A DNA stretch of 32,000 nt from positions 2,040,001 to 2,072,000 of the forward strand of contig NC_006624.1 of NCBI RefSeq assembly GCF_000009965.1. Reading direction: 5' to 3'. Origin of the DNA: Thermococcus kodakarensis KOD1 (GTDB lineage Archaea; Methanobacteriota_B; Thermococci; Thermococcales; Thermococcaceae). Positions 1 to 8,880 of this stretch are shown here, in pieces. A model generated the notes under the pieces. It worked only from the letters and a program-made list of their open reading frames with translations, did not search any database and was not told where the DNA came from. The position numbers were made by a program, and so were the translations under genes. Each line of letters starts with the position of its first letter. Position 1 is the first letter of the stretch.

Positions 1-176
1 CAGGCCTCGAAGTACAGCTCGGGCTCTTCCTCCATGCTCTCGTGAAGGATCTCATCGAGCTTTTTCTTGGCAGTTTCGAGGTCTTTTTGGTTTTCGGCCT
101 CTATGGCCTCCCTGAAGAGCCTTGCTATCCTCTCCTTCCTGTTGAGGGGCTCGTACTTAATTACCACCTTCCTCAC
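1..176 (-). CDS. Hypothetical protein, N-terminal part only (gene runs off the left window edge)
   Basis: Minus-strand frame open from a GTG at 176-174 to position 1 (VRKVVIKYEPLNRKERIARLFREAIEAENQKDLETAKKKLDEILHESMEEEPELYFEA...). It is absent from the ORF track because it is unterminated. It overlaps the 3' end of the RIO kinase gene by ~20 nt. No family recognised and the start is uncertain. Confidence 0.3.
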   Translation of the reverse strand, partial: MRKVVIKYEPLNRKERIARLFREAIEAENQKDLETAKKKLDEILHESMEEEPELYFEA

Positions 177-1092
177 CCCTGCTCTCCTTCCAGGCTGATT
201 CAAACTCGGGCCAGACCTTTTCAAACTCCTTTTTTACTCCCCACCTTCTCCTGAAGGCGTTCAAAAGGACGGTTATGTCCCTCTTAAGCAGTTCGTAGCT
301 CTCCGGATGGGCCGTGCTGATGTACTGTGCCCAGTCTATTATCAGGATGTCTCCATCTTTAGTCAGGACTATGTTGAACTCGCTCATGTCCGAGTGAACT
401 ATACCAAACCTAACGATCTTGAGGTACTCCTCAAGAACCCTATCGAGTATCCTCTCTGCTTCCTCTCTGGTTAAATCAGTGTCCCTGAGTTCGGCCAGCT
501 CGGTTCCCTCCACAAACTCCATTACGACTACGTGCCTGTTCCAGGCTACCGGCCGCGGAACCCTCGCTATCGGGCTGAGCAGGACGAGGGCCTCGTGCTC
601 CTTCTTGGCTATCAGCCTTGAAACGTAGAGCCAGCTGGTGTGGTGCTTGTCCTGGAAGACGTGGCCGTGGTAGCCGGCCCTTCTGGAAGCTGTCCTCCCT
701 CCTATCCTGTTGAACTTTACCGCGACCTTCTCCCCAGAAGGAGTTATGCCTACGTAAACATCAGCGTCCTTCCCAACACCTATCTGCGTCGTGCTTATGG
801 CCTCTATTACTCCCTTTTTGGCGAGCGCCCTGATTGCCAGCGCGTCGTAGCCGTGTATCGTGAGCTGGTAGCCTATGTAGCCGATGTCGCTCCTCCTGAC
901 GACTAGTCCCCAGTCGTCGAGCTTTCCAAGGCGGAAGGATGCAGTCTCAACGTCCACCCTGGCAAAGCGGGCTATGTCCTCTAAGGGAACCCACCTGTGG
1001 TGGCGCATGTTGAGCTCTACTCCCCTAAGTATCCTGAAGTCCAGGTCCCTGAGTGATGGGTAAGCCTCGAGTGCGAGCAGTTTGCTGACCAT
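157..1092 (-). CDS. rio2: RIO-type serine/threonine protein kinase, Rio2-like (N-terminal winged helix + RIO kinase core)
   Basis: 311 aa. An N-terminal wHTH-like segment (LDFRILRGVELNMRHHRWVPLEDIARFA...) is followed by the RIO core: IGVGKDADVYVG, VAVKFNR (ATP lysine), IVHSDMSEFNIVL (catalytic loop) and IIDWAQ (metal-binding Asp). Confidence 0.85.
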   Translation of the reverse strand: MVSKLLALEAYPSLRDLDFRILRGVELNMRHHRWVPLEDIARFARVDVETASFRLGKLDDWGLVVRRSDIGYIGYQLTIHGYDALAIRALAKKGVIEAISTTQIGVGKDADVYVGITPSGEKVAVKFNRIGGRTASRRAGYHGHVFQDKHHTSWLYVSRLIAKKEHEALVLLSPIARVPRPVAWNRHVVVMEFVEGTELAELRDTDLTREEAERILDRVLEEYLKIVRFGIVHSDMSEFNIVLTKDGDILIIDWAQYISTAHPESYELLKRDITVLLNAFRRRWGVKKEFEKVWPEFESAWKESRGEEGGN

Positions 1093-1181
1093 GTTCTCTC
1101 CCGTAACTGGTTGCCCGCGCCTTTTATAAACTTACTTTGCTATCCAACAAACTTTTAAGCGTTTCATCTTCTCTCGAACCT

Positions 1182-2318
1182 ATGCGGAAGAGACTCCTGT
1201 TGCTGCTCTCCCTCGGCTGGATATTCAACTACGCCCACAGGATGGCGATACCACCCCTTATCCCCATAATCAAGTCGGAACTGGGCGTAACCAACGCCGA
1301 GGCAGGTCTGCTGATGACTGCGTTGCTACTCCCCTATGCACTCGTCCAGGTACCCGCGGGCTATCTTGGAGACAGGCTCGGGAGAAAGCGTCTTTTGGTG
1401 GTGAGCATCGTTGGATACTCCCTCTCTTCTGCGCTCATAGTTTTCGCGCGCCAGTACTGGGAGCTTCTGGCGGTTAGGGCTCTCTATGGGATTTTCTCTG
1501 GCCTGTACTATGCTCCAGCGACGGCTCTCATAAGCGAGGTCTATCGGGAGAGAAAGGGCTCCGCTATGGGGATCTTCATGGTCGGGCCGCCAGTAGGGAG
1601 TGGAATTGCTCCTCTGATAGTCGTACCCATAGCGCTCTCCCTCCAGTGGAGGTACGCCTTTGCTGTGCTCTCTTCCATGAGCCTTCTTGTTGGAGTCGCC
1701 CTTGCCCTCGCCGTCAAGGGGGAAGTCTCGAAGCCTTTTAGGGCCTCACTCTCGATTCCGATGAACGTTCTCCCCTTGAGCGCTGCGAATTTCCTTGCGC
1801 TCGCCGCATTCTTCGGCCTTCTAACGTTTCTGGTGTCATTCCTGGTGCACTCAGGAGTCTCCCTCGGGATTGCCTCGGGTCTTTTCTCTCTGCTTTCGGT
1901 TGTGGGTGTAGCAGGATCTTTCCTCGGTGGCTTGGTCTATGATAGAACGGGAAGGAGAAGCGTCTCGCTGATACTCGTGCTCAACGCACTGCTAACGTTC
2001 CTCCTTGCGGTAACGGCATCTCCCTGGATTATAATCCCCCTCGGGCTTACGTTCTACTCTGTGGGTCCAGTAGTTACTGCCTACACCTCCGAGAAAGCAA
2101 GTCCAGAAAACCTGGGTTCGGTCATGGGTTTCGTCAACATGGTTGGATTCTTCGGCGCGACGGTCGGGCCTTATCTCGTCGGCCTGCTTATAGATATCTT
2201 TGGATACAGGCCTGCTTTCTTGTCTATTCCCGTAATGTATCTGCTTGCGTGGGCAATACTGTGGGTTGAGGGTCTTGTGGAAAGGAAAAAACTTGGAACA
2301 AGCCCGAAAAGAATGTAG
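1182..2318 (+). CDS. MFS-family transporter
   Basis: ~12 hydrophobic segments and an MFS loop 2-3 signature GYLGDRLGRKR. The track ORF begins at a TTG (1137). I prefer ATG 1182 because the TATA-like TTTTATAAA at 1122-1130 would start transcription downstream of 1137. Confidence 0.8.
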   Translation: MRKRLLLLLSLGWIFNYAHRMAIPPLIPIIKSELGVTNAEAGLLMTALLLPYALVQVPAGYLGDRLGRKRLLVVSIVGYSLSSALIVFARQYWELLAVRALYGIFSGLYYAPATALISEVYRERKGSAMGIFMVGPPVGSGIAPLIVVPIALSLQWRYAFAVLSSMSLLVGVALALAVKGEVSKPFRASLSIPMNVLPLSAANFLALAAFFGLLTFLVSFLVHSGVSLGIASGLFSLLSVVGVAGSFLGGLVYDRTGRRSVSLILVLNALLTFLLAVTASPWIIIPLGLTFYSVGPVVTAYTSEKASPENLGSVMGFVNMVGFFGATVGPYLVGLLIDIFGYRPAFLSIPVMYLLAWAILWVEGLVERKKLGTSPKRM

Positions 2319-2369
2319 TATTGTAAATACTCGCTTTAAATCAGGGGTAGAAGAAAAAAGAGAATGGCT

Positions 2370-3563
2370 TCAGCCGTACATTACCTCGTGCATAGCTATC
2401 TGCTGTGCCAGCCTCTTCTCCGAGCCAATGACTTTATCCACGGCCTTGAGGAAGTCGTCCTGCGTAACGTACGTCCTCCTGTCCCTGATGGCGAACATGC
2501 CTGCCTCGGTAGCTATGGCCTTGAGATCTGCTCCGCTCGCCCCCTCGGTTATCTCCGCTATAACGCGCAGGTCAACGCCCTTGAGGTTCATCTTTCTCGT
2601 GTGAACCTTGAGTATCTCGAGCCTGCCCTGGTAGTCCGGGAGCGGAACCTCTATGAGCCTGTCGAACCTGCCCGGCCTGAGTAATGCTGGATCGAGTATA
2701 TCGGGCCTGTTGGTTGCCGCTATGACCTTCACGTTGCCCCTCGGGTCGAAGCCGTCCATCTCAGCGAGGAGCTGCATGAGGGTTCTGTTGACTTCCCTCT
2801 CGCCGCCGGTGGTTTCGTCCATCCTCTTTGCGCCTATGGCGTCTATTTCGTCTATGAATATTATCGTGGGTGCCTTCTCCTTGGCAAGCTCAAAGAGTTC
2901 GTGGACCAGTCTGGCACCCTCTCCGATGAACTTCCTTACCAGCTCGCTTCCGACGACGCGGATGAAAGTGGCGTTGACGTGATTGGCAACTGCCTTTGCC
3001 ATCAGGGTCTTTCCACAGCCCGGCGGGCCGTAGAGGAGAACTCCCTTCGGCGGCTCGATGCCGACCTGTTCAAACAGCTCAGGGTGCTTGAGCGGGAGCT
3101 CTATTGCCTCCCTGAGTTCCTGGAGCTGCTTCTCAAGTCCGCCTATGTCGTTGTAGGTGACCTTGGGCCTTTCAATGACTTCGAAACCGAGGACACTCGG
3201 GTCTTTCTCGCTCGGCAGGAGCTCGACTATCGCCATCGTCCTCTGGTCGAGTGCCACCCTGGCTCCTGGCTTGAGCTTGTCCCTCTCTATCCAAGGCGCT
3301 ATCCTGACAACGAAGCGCGGCCCGTTGTAGTTCTGAACGATAGCCCTTTCGTCGTCGAGCACCTCTATGACGTTCCCCGCAAAGGCCGGCGGCTGTCTGA
3401 GCCTTGACATTTCCATTCTCAGCCTTGAAAGCTCCCTCTCAAGTCTCTCCTTGTCTGCCTCCAGCGTTCTCACCTGTAACTCCAGCTGCCTGATTCTCCT
3501 TTTGAGGAAAGTGACGTAGTCATCGTAACCCTCCGGGTGAACGTCAGTGTTCTCAATACTCAT
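2370..3563 (-). CDS. pan: Proteasome-activating nucleotidase PAN (AAA+ ATPase)
   Basis: 397 aa. N-terminal coiled coil ([29 protein letters not shown]), OB segment, Walker A GPPGCGKT, Walker B IIFIDEID, and a C-terminal hydrophobic-Tyr-X tail (MYG). GAGGTGAG SD lies upstream of the ATG. Confidence 0.95.
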   Translation of the reverse strand: MSIENTDVHPEGYDDYVTFLKRRIRQLELQVRTLEADKERLERELSRLRMEMSRLRQPPAFAGNVIEVLDDERAIVQNYNGPRFVVRIAPWIERDKLKPGARVALDQRTMAIVELLPSEKDPSVLGFEVIERPKVTYNDIGGLEKQLQELREAIELPLKHPELFEQVGIEPPKGVLLYGPPGCGKTLMAKAVANHVNATFIRVVGSELVRKFIGEGARLVHELFELAKEKAPTIIFIDEIDAIGAKRMDETTGGEREVNRTLMQLLAEMDGFDPRGNVKVIAATNRPDILDPALLRPGRFDRLIEVPLPDYQGRLEILKVHTRKMNLKGVDLRVIAEITEGASGADLKAIATEAGMFAIRDRRTYVTQDDFLKAVDKVIGSEKRLAQQIAMHEVMYG

Positions 3564-3780
3564 GGTATCTCACCTCTAACTTCTCTCCTGATGTATGTCT
3601 CGTTGGGACTCTTTTTAACTCTATCCATCCCAGCAGAAACAGGTTTGGGTTTTGGACAATTTCTATCTAATGCACAAGTTTATCATCCGTTGATTCACAA
3701 TGGTCTTCAAACTCAACTTCGAAACACTTATTAACCTTTTTGACGTTGGATATATTGGCACTACAATGGAGGGGTCAATA

Positions 3781-4530
3781 ATGAGGATTGAAATAAAACT
3801 CCGACCCGCTGAGGTGGGCACAATTCTTCCGTTTAACTACAACTACGAGGTCTATTCTCAGCTGCTTGAGAAGGTCTATCTGGTTTCTCCCGAACTTGGA
3901 AAGGAGGTTGAATCTAGTGGTGTTGACTACTTCACGTTCTCAAGGATAATGGTCAGGAAGAGGGAGCTCATTCCCGAGGCTGGCATTAGAGTTCTCTCCG
4001 ATGACGTTTCTCTCTACGTCTCCTCCCATTCCGCCGATGTCATCCATGCCATCGCCGAGGGCTTTCTCGATGACCCCCTCCTGAAGATTAAGGATGCCAC
4101 TTTTATTGCAGATGACGTTAAGGTTCTGAAGGAGCCCGAACTTAAAGGTCCCGTTCTCTTCTCAACGCTCAGTCCGATCCTCGTTAGGACGGTTAAGTTC
4201 GTCAACGGCAGGATGAAGGTGTGGGACCTCTATCCCGACGATGAAATGTTCTTTGACAAGCTCAGAAAGATAATGCTCATGCGCTATTCGAGCATTTACG
4301 GCAGAATGCCCGAAAACAAGGAGTTCAAAATTGAGGTTCTCAAGTTTAAGCCCGTCCGGATTCTCGTTAGGGATACCTACTACAGGAGCTCCCTTATGGT
4401 CTTCAAGTACTCTGGCTCACCCGAGCTGGCCTGGCTGGGATATGAAACGGGGTTTGGTGAAAAGACTCGCTACGGCTTTGGCATGGTTAAAGTAATTGAC
4501 TCAGAGCAAGGGCAAGAAGGCCAAGAATGA
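3781..4530 (+). CDS. cas6: Cas6-family RAMP protein, stand-alone (no array or other cas genes in window); possibly non-catalytic
   Basis: 249 aa from ATG 3781 (GGAGGGG SD 7 nt upstream; the track ORF starts 81 nt earlier at 3700). The C-terminal glycine-rich RAMP loop GYETGFGEKTRYGFGMVKV is very close to the Pyrococcus furiosus Cas6 C-terminus GYEVGFGEKNSLGFGMVKV as I remember it. The N-terminus (MRIEIKL.P....ILPFNYNY) also resembles it. First His is residue 83. Confidence 0.8.
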   Translation: MRIEIKLRPAEVGTILPFNYNYEVYSQLLEKVYLVSPELGKEVESSGVDYFTFSRIMVRKRELIPEAGIRVLSDDVSLYVSSHSADVIHAIAEGFLDDPLLKIKDATFIADDVKVLKEPELKGPVLFSTLSPILVRTVKFVNGRMKVWDLYPDDEMFFDKLRKIMLMRYSSIYGRMPENKEFKIEVLKFKPVRILVRDTYYRSSLMVFKYSGSPELAWLGYETGFGEKTRYGFGMVKVIDSEQGQEGQE

Positions 4531-5392
4531 ACTCTATGGCCCACACTATTGCGACCAGCTTTGGTTCGTTCACGCGCACTTTTCTCATTATCATCCCCAG
4601 AAAGCTTGGATAAGGTGGTGCCTTTAGCGTCCCGTCAGGCAAGACTTCGGTTCTTCCATGCTTTCTGACTCCAAACCTCACCCCAACTGCTTTTATAACG
4701 AAGTCAAGAAAGTGTGGTATCAGGAGAACCGCCCCGTAGGCTTCAACCTTTCCCACAACGGCAACGAGTCCAATAAGTGCTCCGAGGCTCAGGGTTCCAG
4801 TATCGCCAGGAAATACCCTGGCTGGATATCTGTTCCACCAGAGAAAGCCTAGAGCTGCAGCAGTTCCGATAAGGGCCAGCTCTCTGGCCGTTCCGTCGGT
4901 AAGCACTCCCAGGAAAGCCAGCGCTATCGCGCTCGTCCCGACTTCCAGTCCGTTGAAGCCCGCTAGCATGTTCACCAGGTTCGCTGAGCCCACCACGTAC
5001 AGAAGTGCCACTATGGGATAGATAACTCCGAGATTAAGGGGGAATCCGAATACGTCAACGTATCGGGGAATGTCAAAAAACATTACAGGTGAAGCGACTA
5101 TCAGGGACAGAGCAACCTTGTGGGACTGCTTTAAAGCAGCAAGGTCATCAATAATTCCCACTATCCCGAACAGGAGAAAAACGAGACCGATCTCTGGTTT
5201 GATTAAAGATGACACTGCCCCAATAGATATGAGCAGTGCCAATCCACCCATTTCGGGGACTTCGGGTTTGGTCAGCTTGTGTATATCCCTCCCAACTATC
5301 CTCGCCTTTTTCATGAGTCCGGCGATGTAGGGGGTTAGTACCGCCGAGAGAGTTAAGGCTATAAGGGGAGCCGCCGCTTCCATTACTGACAC
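4487..5392 (-). CDS. aglH: Glycosyltransferase family 4 (MraY/WecA/GPT-like) polyprenol-phosphate HexNAc-1-phosphate transferase, AglH-like
   Basis: 301 aa polytopic membrane protein with IIDDL, NLVNMLAGFNGLEVG and FPGDTGTLSLG motifs typical of the MraY/GPT superfamily. The start is GTG 5392 or ATG 5383. The 3' end overlaps the convergent cas6 by 44 nt. Confidence 0.75.
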   Translation of the reverse strand: MSVMEAAAPLIALTLSAVLTPYIAGLMKKARIVGRDIHKLTKPEVPEMGGLALLISIGAVSSLIKPEIGLVFLLFGIVGIIDDLAALKQSHKVALSLIVASPVMFFDIPRYVDVFGFPLNLGVIYPIVALLYVVGSANLVNMLAGFNGLEVGTSAIALAFLGVLTDGTARELALIGTAAALGFLWWNRYPARVFPGDTGTLSLGALIGLVAVVGKVEAYGAVLLIPHFLDFVIKAVGVRFGVRKHGRTEVLPDGTLKAPPYPSFLGMIMRKVRVNEPKLVAIVWAIEFILGLLALALSQLL

Positions 5393-5436
5393 CGCATTCC
5401 GTTGGAACCCGCAAAAATAAACCCTTCGGTGGTAGT

Positions 5437-6759
5437 ATGGACATCAGACTGGTGGTCTTTGACCTCGACGGCACGCTGATCGGTGCCCCAAAGGCGTTCT
5501 CAGAAGTCAAGGAGGAGCTTAGAAAAAGGCTCCTGGAGAGGGGCATAAGCGAAGAGCTTATTGGAGACCTAACGCCCATGTACGAGACTCTGATCGAGAT
5601 CTCTGAGAAAACGGGTATCCCCTTTGATGAACTCCATTCAATCCAGGTCGAGCTTGAGACCGAGAGGATGAAGGACGCCTTTCTCTTCAAAGGTGTTCGT
5701 GAGTCCCTAGAGTTCTTGAGGGAGAAAGGAATCAGGATGGCGGTTGTAACCAGGAGTTCAAGGGATGCCGCCCTATTTGCCCTCCAGAAAACTGGCATTG
5801 CTGACTACTTTGACGTTATTGTGGCAAGAGAAGATGTTCCCCCAGACCAGTTGAAGCCAAATGGGGGGCAAATAAAGCGGGTTCTGGATGCCCTTGGAGT
5901 TCCCCCCGAGAAGACCTTGGTTGTGGGTGATCACGGCTACGACGTCATAGCCGCGAAAAACGCGGGTGCACTCAGCCTCTTGGTGACGTCCCACGATGCA
6001 GGAAGGATGAGTTTCTCGGTTGAGGCTACTCCCAATTTCGAAATTCCCACTATGGAACACTTTATTCCGTTAATGGGGCGGTTGCTGTCGAGCTACGTCG
6101 TTGTTCCCGCTTACAACGAGGAGAAAACAATAGGCTCGGTTCTCACCGACCTCCTGCGTTATTTCAGGCGTGAAGAAATAGTCGTTGTCAACGATGGTTC
6201 GAAGGACAGAACTGAAGAGATAGCGAGGTCCTTCGGTGTCCACGTTCTCACCCATCTCGTGAACAGAGGCCTTGGTGGGGCGCTCGGTACGGGGCTCGCT
6301 TACGCGGTAAGGAAGGGCGCTAAAATGATTCTTACCTTCGATGCCGACGGTCAGCACTTGATAGGCGATGCATTGAAGGTCATGAAGCCCGTTGCGGAGG
6401 GAAAAGCGGACTTTGCAGTCGGTTCCCGCCTTAAAGGAGACACCAGTCAGATGCCCTTTATCAAAAAGTTTGGAAACTTCGTCCTCGATTTCATAACTGC
6501 ACTGTTTGCGCGTAAGTACGTCAGCGACAGCCAGAGCGGGCTCAGATGCTTCAGCGGTGAGTGTGCCGCGAAGATCAAGATTACCTGCGACAGGTATGCT
6601 GTTTCAAGCGAGATTATAATTGAAGCAGTTAAAAACGGCTGCAGAATCGTGGAGGTTCCGATAAAGGCCGTCTATACCGAGTACTCGATGAGGAAGGGGA
6701 CAAACGTCCTTGAGGGTGTTAAGATAGCCCTCAATCTGCTGTTTGACAAACTGAGGTGA
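5437..6759 (+). CDS. Fusion protein: N-terminal HAD-superfamily phosphatase + C-terminal GT2 (dolichyl-phosphate hexose synthase-like) glycosyltransferase
   Basis: HAD motifs I FDLDGT, II VVTRSS, III KPNG, IV VGDHGYD (aa 1-~200). These are followed by a GT2 core VVVPAYNEEKTI...VVVNDGSKDRT...FDADGQH. GGTGG SD lies before the ATG. Confidence 0.8.
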   Translation: MDIRLVVFDLDGTLIGAPKAFSEVKEELRKRLLERGISEELIGDLTPMYETLIEISEKTGIPFDELHSIQVELETERMKDAFLFKGVRESLEFLREKGIRMAVVTRSSRDAALFALQKTGIADYFDVIVAREDVPPDQLKPNGGQIKRVLDALGVPPEKTLVVGDHGYDVIAAKNAGALSLLVTSHDAGRMSFSVEATPNFEIPTMEHFIPLMGRLLSSYVVVPAYNEEKTIGSVLTDLLRYFRREEIVVVNDGSKDRTEEIARSFGVHVLTHLVNRGLGGALGTGLAYAVRKGAKMILTFDADGQHLIGDALKVMKPVAEGKADFAVGSRLKGDTSQMPFIKKFGNFVLDFITALFARKYVSDSQSGLRCFSGECAAKIKITCDRYAVSSEIIIEAVKNGCRIVEVPIKAVYTEYSMRKGTNVLEGVKIALNLLFDKLR

Positions 6760-6765
6760 GGTATC

Positions 6766-7140
6766 ATGTATGTGGCTCAGATCATAGCACTGTTAGTTCT
6801 CGCGTACCTTCTCCTTAGAATATATCGCTACTACTCAGAAGGACGGCTGGACTGGCAGAGCGTAATATCATGGGCTCTGCTTGTACTGGTGTTTGTAGTC
6901 GTTGCGATCTTCCCAATTCAGGTATCCCAGACGATAAAGGATTTGCTGGGTCTTGGGAGGGGGCTCGATGCCCTTTTTGTGGTATCCATAGGCCTACTGT
7001 TTTTTATCGTCTTTGACCTCTACCTGAAAATCGACAAGACTGAGAGGGAGATAACCGAGCTGACGAGGAAAGTTGCTATAGAACTCGAAGAGATCAACGA
7101 ACGGCTCAAGGCACTGGAAGAAAAAGTTGGAGAGCGCTAA
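6766..7140 (+). CDS. Small membrane protein, DUF2304-like (typical partner of GtrB/Dpm1-type GT2 enzymes)
   Basis: 124 aa with 3-4 TM segments and a C-terminal coiled-coil tail. GAGGTGAGG SD. Starts 7 nt after the GT2 gene. The family name is from memory of this architecture. Confidence 0.55.
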   Translation: MYVAQIIALLVLAYLLLRIYRYYSEGRLDWQSVISWALLVLVFVVVAIFPIQVSQTIKDLLGLGRGLDALFVVSIGLLFFIVFDLYLKIDKTEREITELTRKVAIELEEINERLKALEEKVGER

Positions 7141-7673
7141 AAGTCCTCCCCAAACAGTTCCTCCAGGAAGAGCCTCACCCTTTCCTTTTTGAGCTTGAAC
7201 TGTCTGATCTTCACTATTCCCTTTTCCTGTGCCTCTCTCAGGAGTATCTCGGTGGCCTCGTTGGGGTACATTTCTTCGTAGACTATCTCCCTGATGCCCG
7301 CGTTTATCAGAAGCTTGAAGCAGGTGTCGCAGGGGAAGTGAGTGACGTAAAGCGTTGCCCCTTCTAGGCTTATGCCCTTCCTTGCCGCCATCGCTATGAC
7401 GTTCTGCTCGGCGTGGACTGCCCTGTGACAGTGGCCGTCAACTATGAGACACCCCACATCAATGCAGTGATCCATACCCCTCGGTGCGCCGTTGTATCCT
7501 GTCGCGAGGATGTAGCCATCTTTCACTGCGACCGCTCCAACTCTAAGCCGCGGACAGGTCGCTCGAAGGGATACCAGCTTCGCTATCAGCATGAAGTACT
7601 CGTCCTTGGTCGGTCTGATCTTCTTTATCCTCTCTGCCTTTTCATGATCGAGGATTATCTCTATCTTCGACAT
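7137..7673 (-). CDS. dCMP (deoxycytidylate) deaminase, cytidine/deoxycytidylate deaminase zinc-binding family
   Basis: 178 aa. Zinc motifs HAEQNVI and PCDTCFKLL. ComEB/dCMP-deaminase-like length. Confidence 0.85.
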   Translation of the reverse strand: MSKIEIILDHEKAERIKKIRPTKDEYFMLIAKLVSLRATCPRLRVGAVAVKDGYILATGYNGAPRGMDHCIDVGCLIVDGHCHRAVHAEQNVIAMAARKGISLEGATLYVTHFPCDTCFKLLINAGIREIVYEEMYPNEATEILLREAQEKGIVKIRQFKLKKERVRLFLEELFGEDF

Positions 7674-7679
7674 ACCGCA

Positions 7680-8459
7680 TCACTGGAGGCGTTTGTTGAG
7701 GTTTGTAATATACATCGTGATTCTCGTTATCCTCTCCTCATAGGAGGGATGGGTCTCGACAAAGGATACCCACTTAGGCCCTTGGTCTCTCTCTATACTG
7801 GGTTCAATACTCGGCAGGGCGTTGATCTTTACATCGGCTCTTAGGTCTTCGTAGTACTTCATCTCTTCGAGCGCCCTTTTGAGGCTCATTGGAGTAGGTA
7901 GCAGCCTCAGTGCAGTGTCGTCGGCCATAAACTCTCTCTTTTTCATGAGGCTTATTCTTGAGGCCTCGTAAGAAATGTACAGCAAGGGAGCGATTATCCT
8001 GACCGCAAGGTTTCCGCCGATCATCAGCAGAATAGTCGTTATGAGCATTAGATACCGTCCGTACGTGACCATTGGGAACAGCTTTGTGTCCCCGTTTTTT
8101 ATGTGGCCGAGCTCGTGTGCGGCTACTGCCAGGATTTCATCCTCATCCAGAACCTCAAAGAGCCCCAACGAGAGGACGATATTTCCACCGAAGGAGTATG
8201 CGTTGGGGATGTAGTCATCCTGAAGGTACACAGCTGGGACTTTTGTTCCAGCCTTTTTTGACATCTCCACTATGCCCTCGTGGAGCCACTTCATTTCGCT
8301 TTCATCCAGCGGTATGAGCCCGCTATTAGCCCCACCTCTGTTCGCCATTAGGTACATGGTCACAAGGGCTAGTGCGGCGAGAAGTGTAGCCGCTATTCCC
8401 ACCGCTCCTAGAGATAGGTACAGCAACAGCACCTCGAGGGCTACTATGAGGGGTATCAT
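7680..8459 (-). CDS. Membrane zinc metalloprotease, BlaR1/M56- or M48-like (HExxH)
   Basis: 259 aa. Two N-terminal TM helices, HELGHIKNGD (HELxHxxxxD), two further TM helices and a downstream acidic EFMADD. The gene sits 6 nt downstream of a BlaI-family repressor gene. Confidence 0.75.
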   Translation of the reverse strand: MIPLIVALEVLLLYLSLGAVGIAATLLAALALVTMYLMANRGGANSGLIPLDESEMKWLHEGIVEMSKKAGTKVPAVYLQDDYIPNAYSFGGNIVLSLGLFEVLDEDEILAVAAHELGHIKNGDTKLFPMVTYGRYLMLITTILLMIGGNLAVRIIAPLLYISYEASRISLMKKREFMADDTALRLLPTPMSLKRALEEMKYYEDLRADVKINALPSIEPSIERDQGPKWVSFVETHPSYEERITRITMYITNLNKRLQ

Positions 8460-8465
8460 ACATCA

Positions 8466-8831
8466 TCACTTTTTCATCCTTGAGAGGTAGGCATAGGTCG
8501 CCTCCCTGAAGTTGTTCATTAGGGCATCCAGTATGCTCTTGACGACTTTCTGCTCAAACTCCTCCCTGGTCGTTGTTATTGAGTAAACATACCTCATTCC
8601 ACCCCTTCCGCGCTCCACCGTTCTCTTCAGCAGTCCTTTCTCGCATAGTCTGTTCATCAGTATGCTGACGGTTGATCTTCTGATTTCGGGGTGTTTCCTC
8701 TTCAGCTCTTCATACACCTGCCCAGCAGTCGCGACTTTGAAGCGCCACATAAGCTCCATTATCTCCGCTTCCATCGGTGGAAGAACGGCCTTTATGCCCT
8801 CTTCGGTGAGCTTGAATTCGTGGGGTTCCAT
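8466..8831 (-). CDS. BlaI/MecI/CopY-family winged-helix transcriptional repressor
   Basis: 121 aa. The LPPMEAEIMELMWR...ATAGQVYEEL......RSTVSILMNRLCEKGLLKR pattern is typical of penicillinase-repressor family wHTH. GGAGGAGGG SD. A TATA-like TTTTTATC on the minus strand lies at ~8868-8876. Confidence 0.8.
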   Translation of the reverse strand: MEPHEFKLTEEGIKAVLPPMEAEIMELMWRFKVATAGQVYEELKRKHPEIRRSTVSILMNRLCEKGLLKRTVERGRGGMRYVYSITTTREEFEQKVVKSILDALMNNFREATYAYLSRMKK

Positions 8832-8880
8832 GATGATCCCTCCTCCTATTGGGGAATAGTAAAGAATACGATAAAAACTT

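Noticed and set aside
2901-3407. Long antisense or out-of-frame ORFs in the track: 2901-3407, 5148-5798, 14066-14644, 15437-15946, 17074-17907, 18854-19669, 21640-22353 and 23574-24047, plus many 60-140-aa ones.
   Set aside because: Each lies opposite or inside a gene with strong motif support. The translations are low-complexity (Ser/Leu/Arg/Pro-rich) with no recognisable motifs, which is typical of shadow ORFs in GC-richer archaeal coding DNA.
8829-8850. AUGAUGA on the + strand at the blaI start region, considered as a C box.
   Set aside because: It is the complement of the blaI ATG plus its SD (GGAGGAGGG). No D boxes follow.
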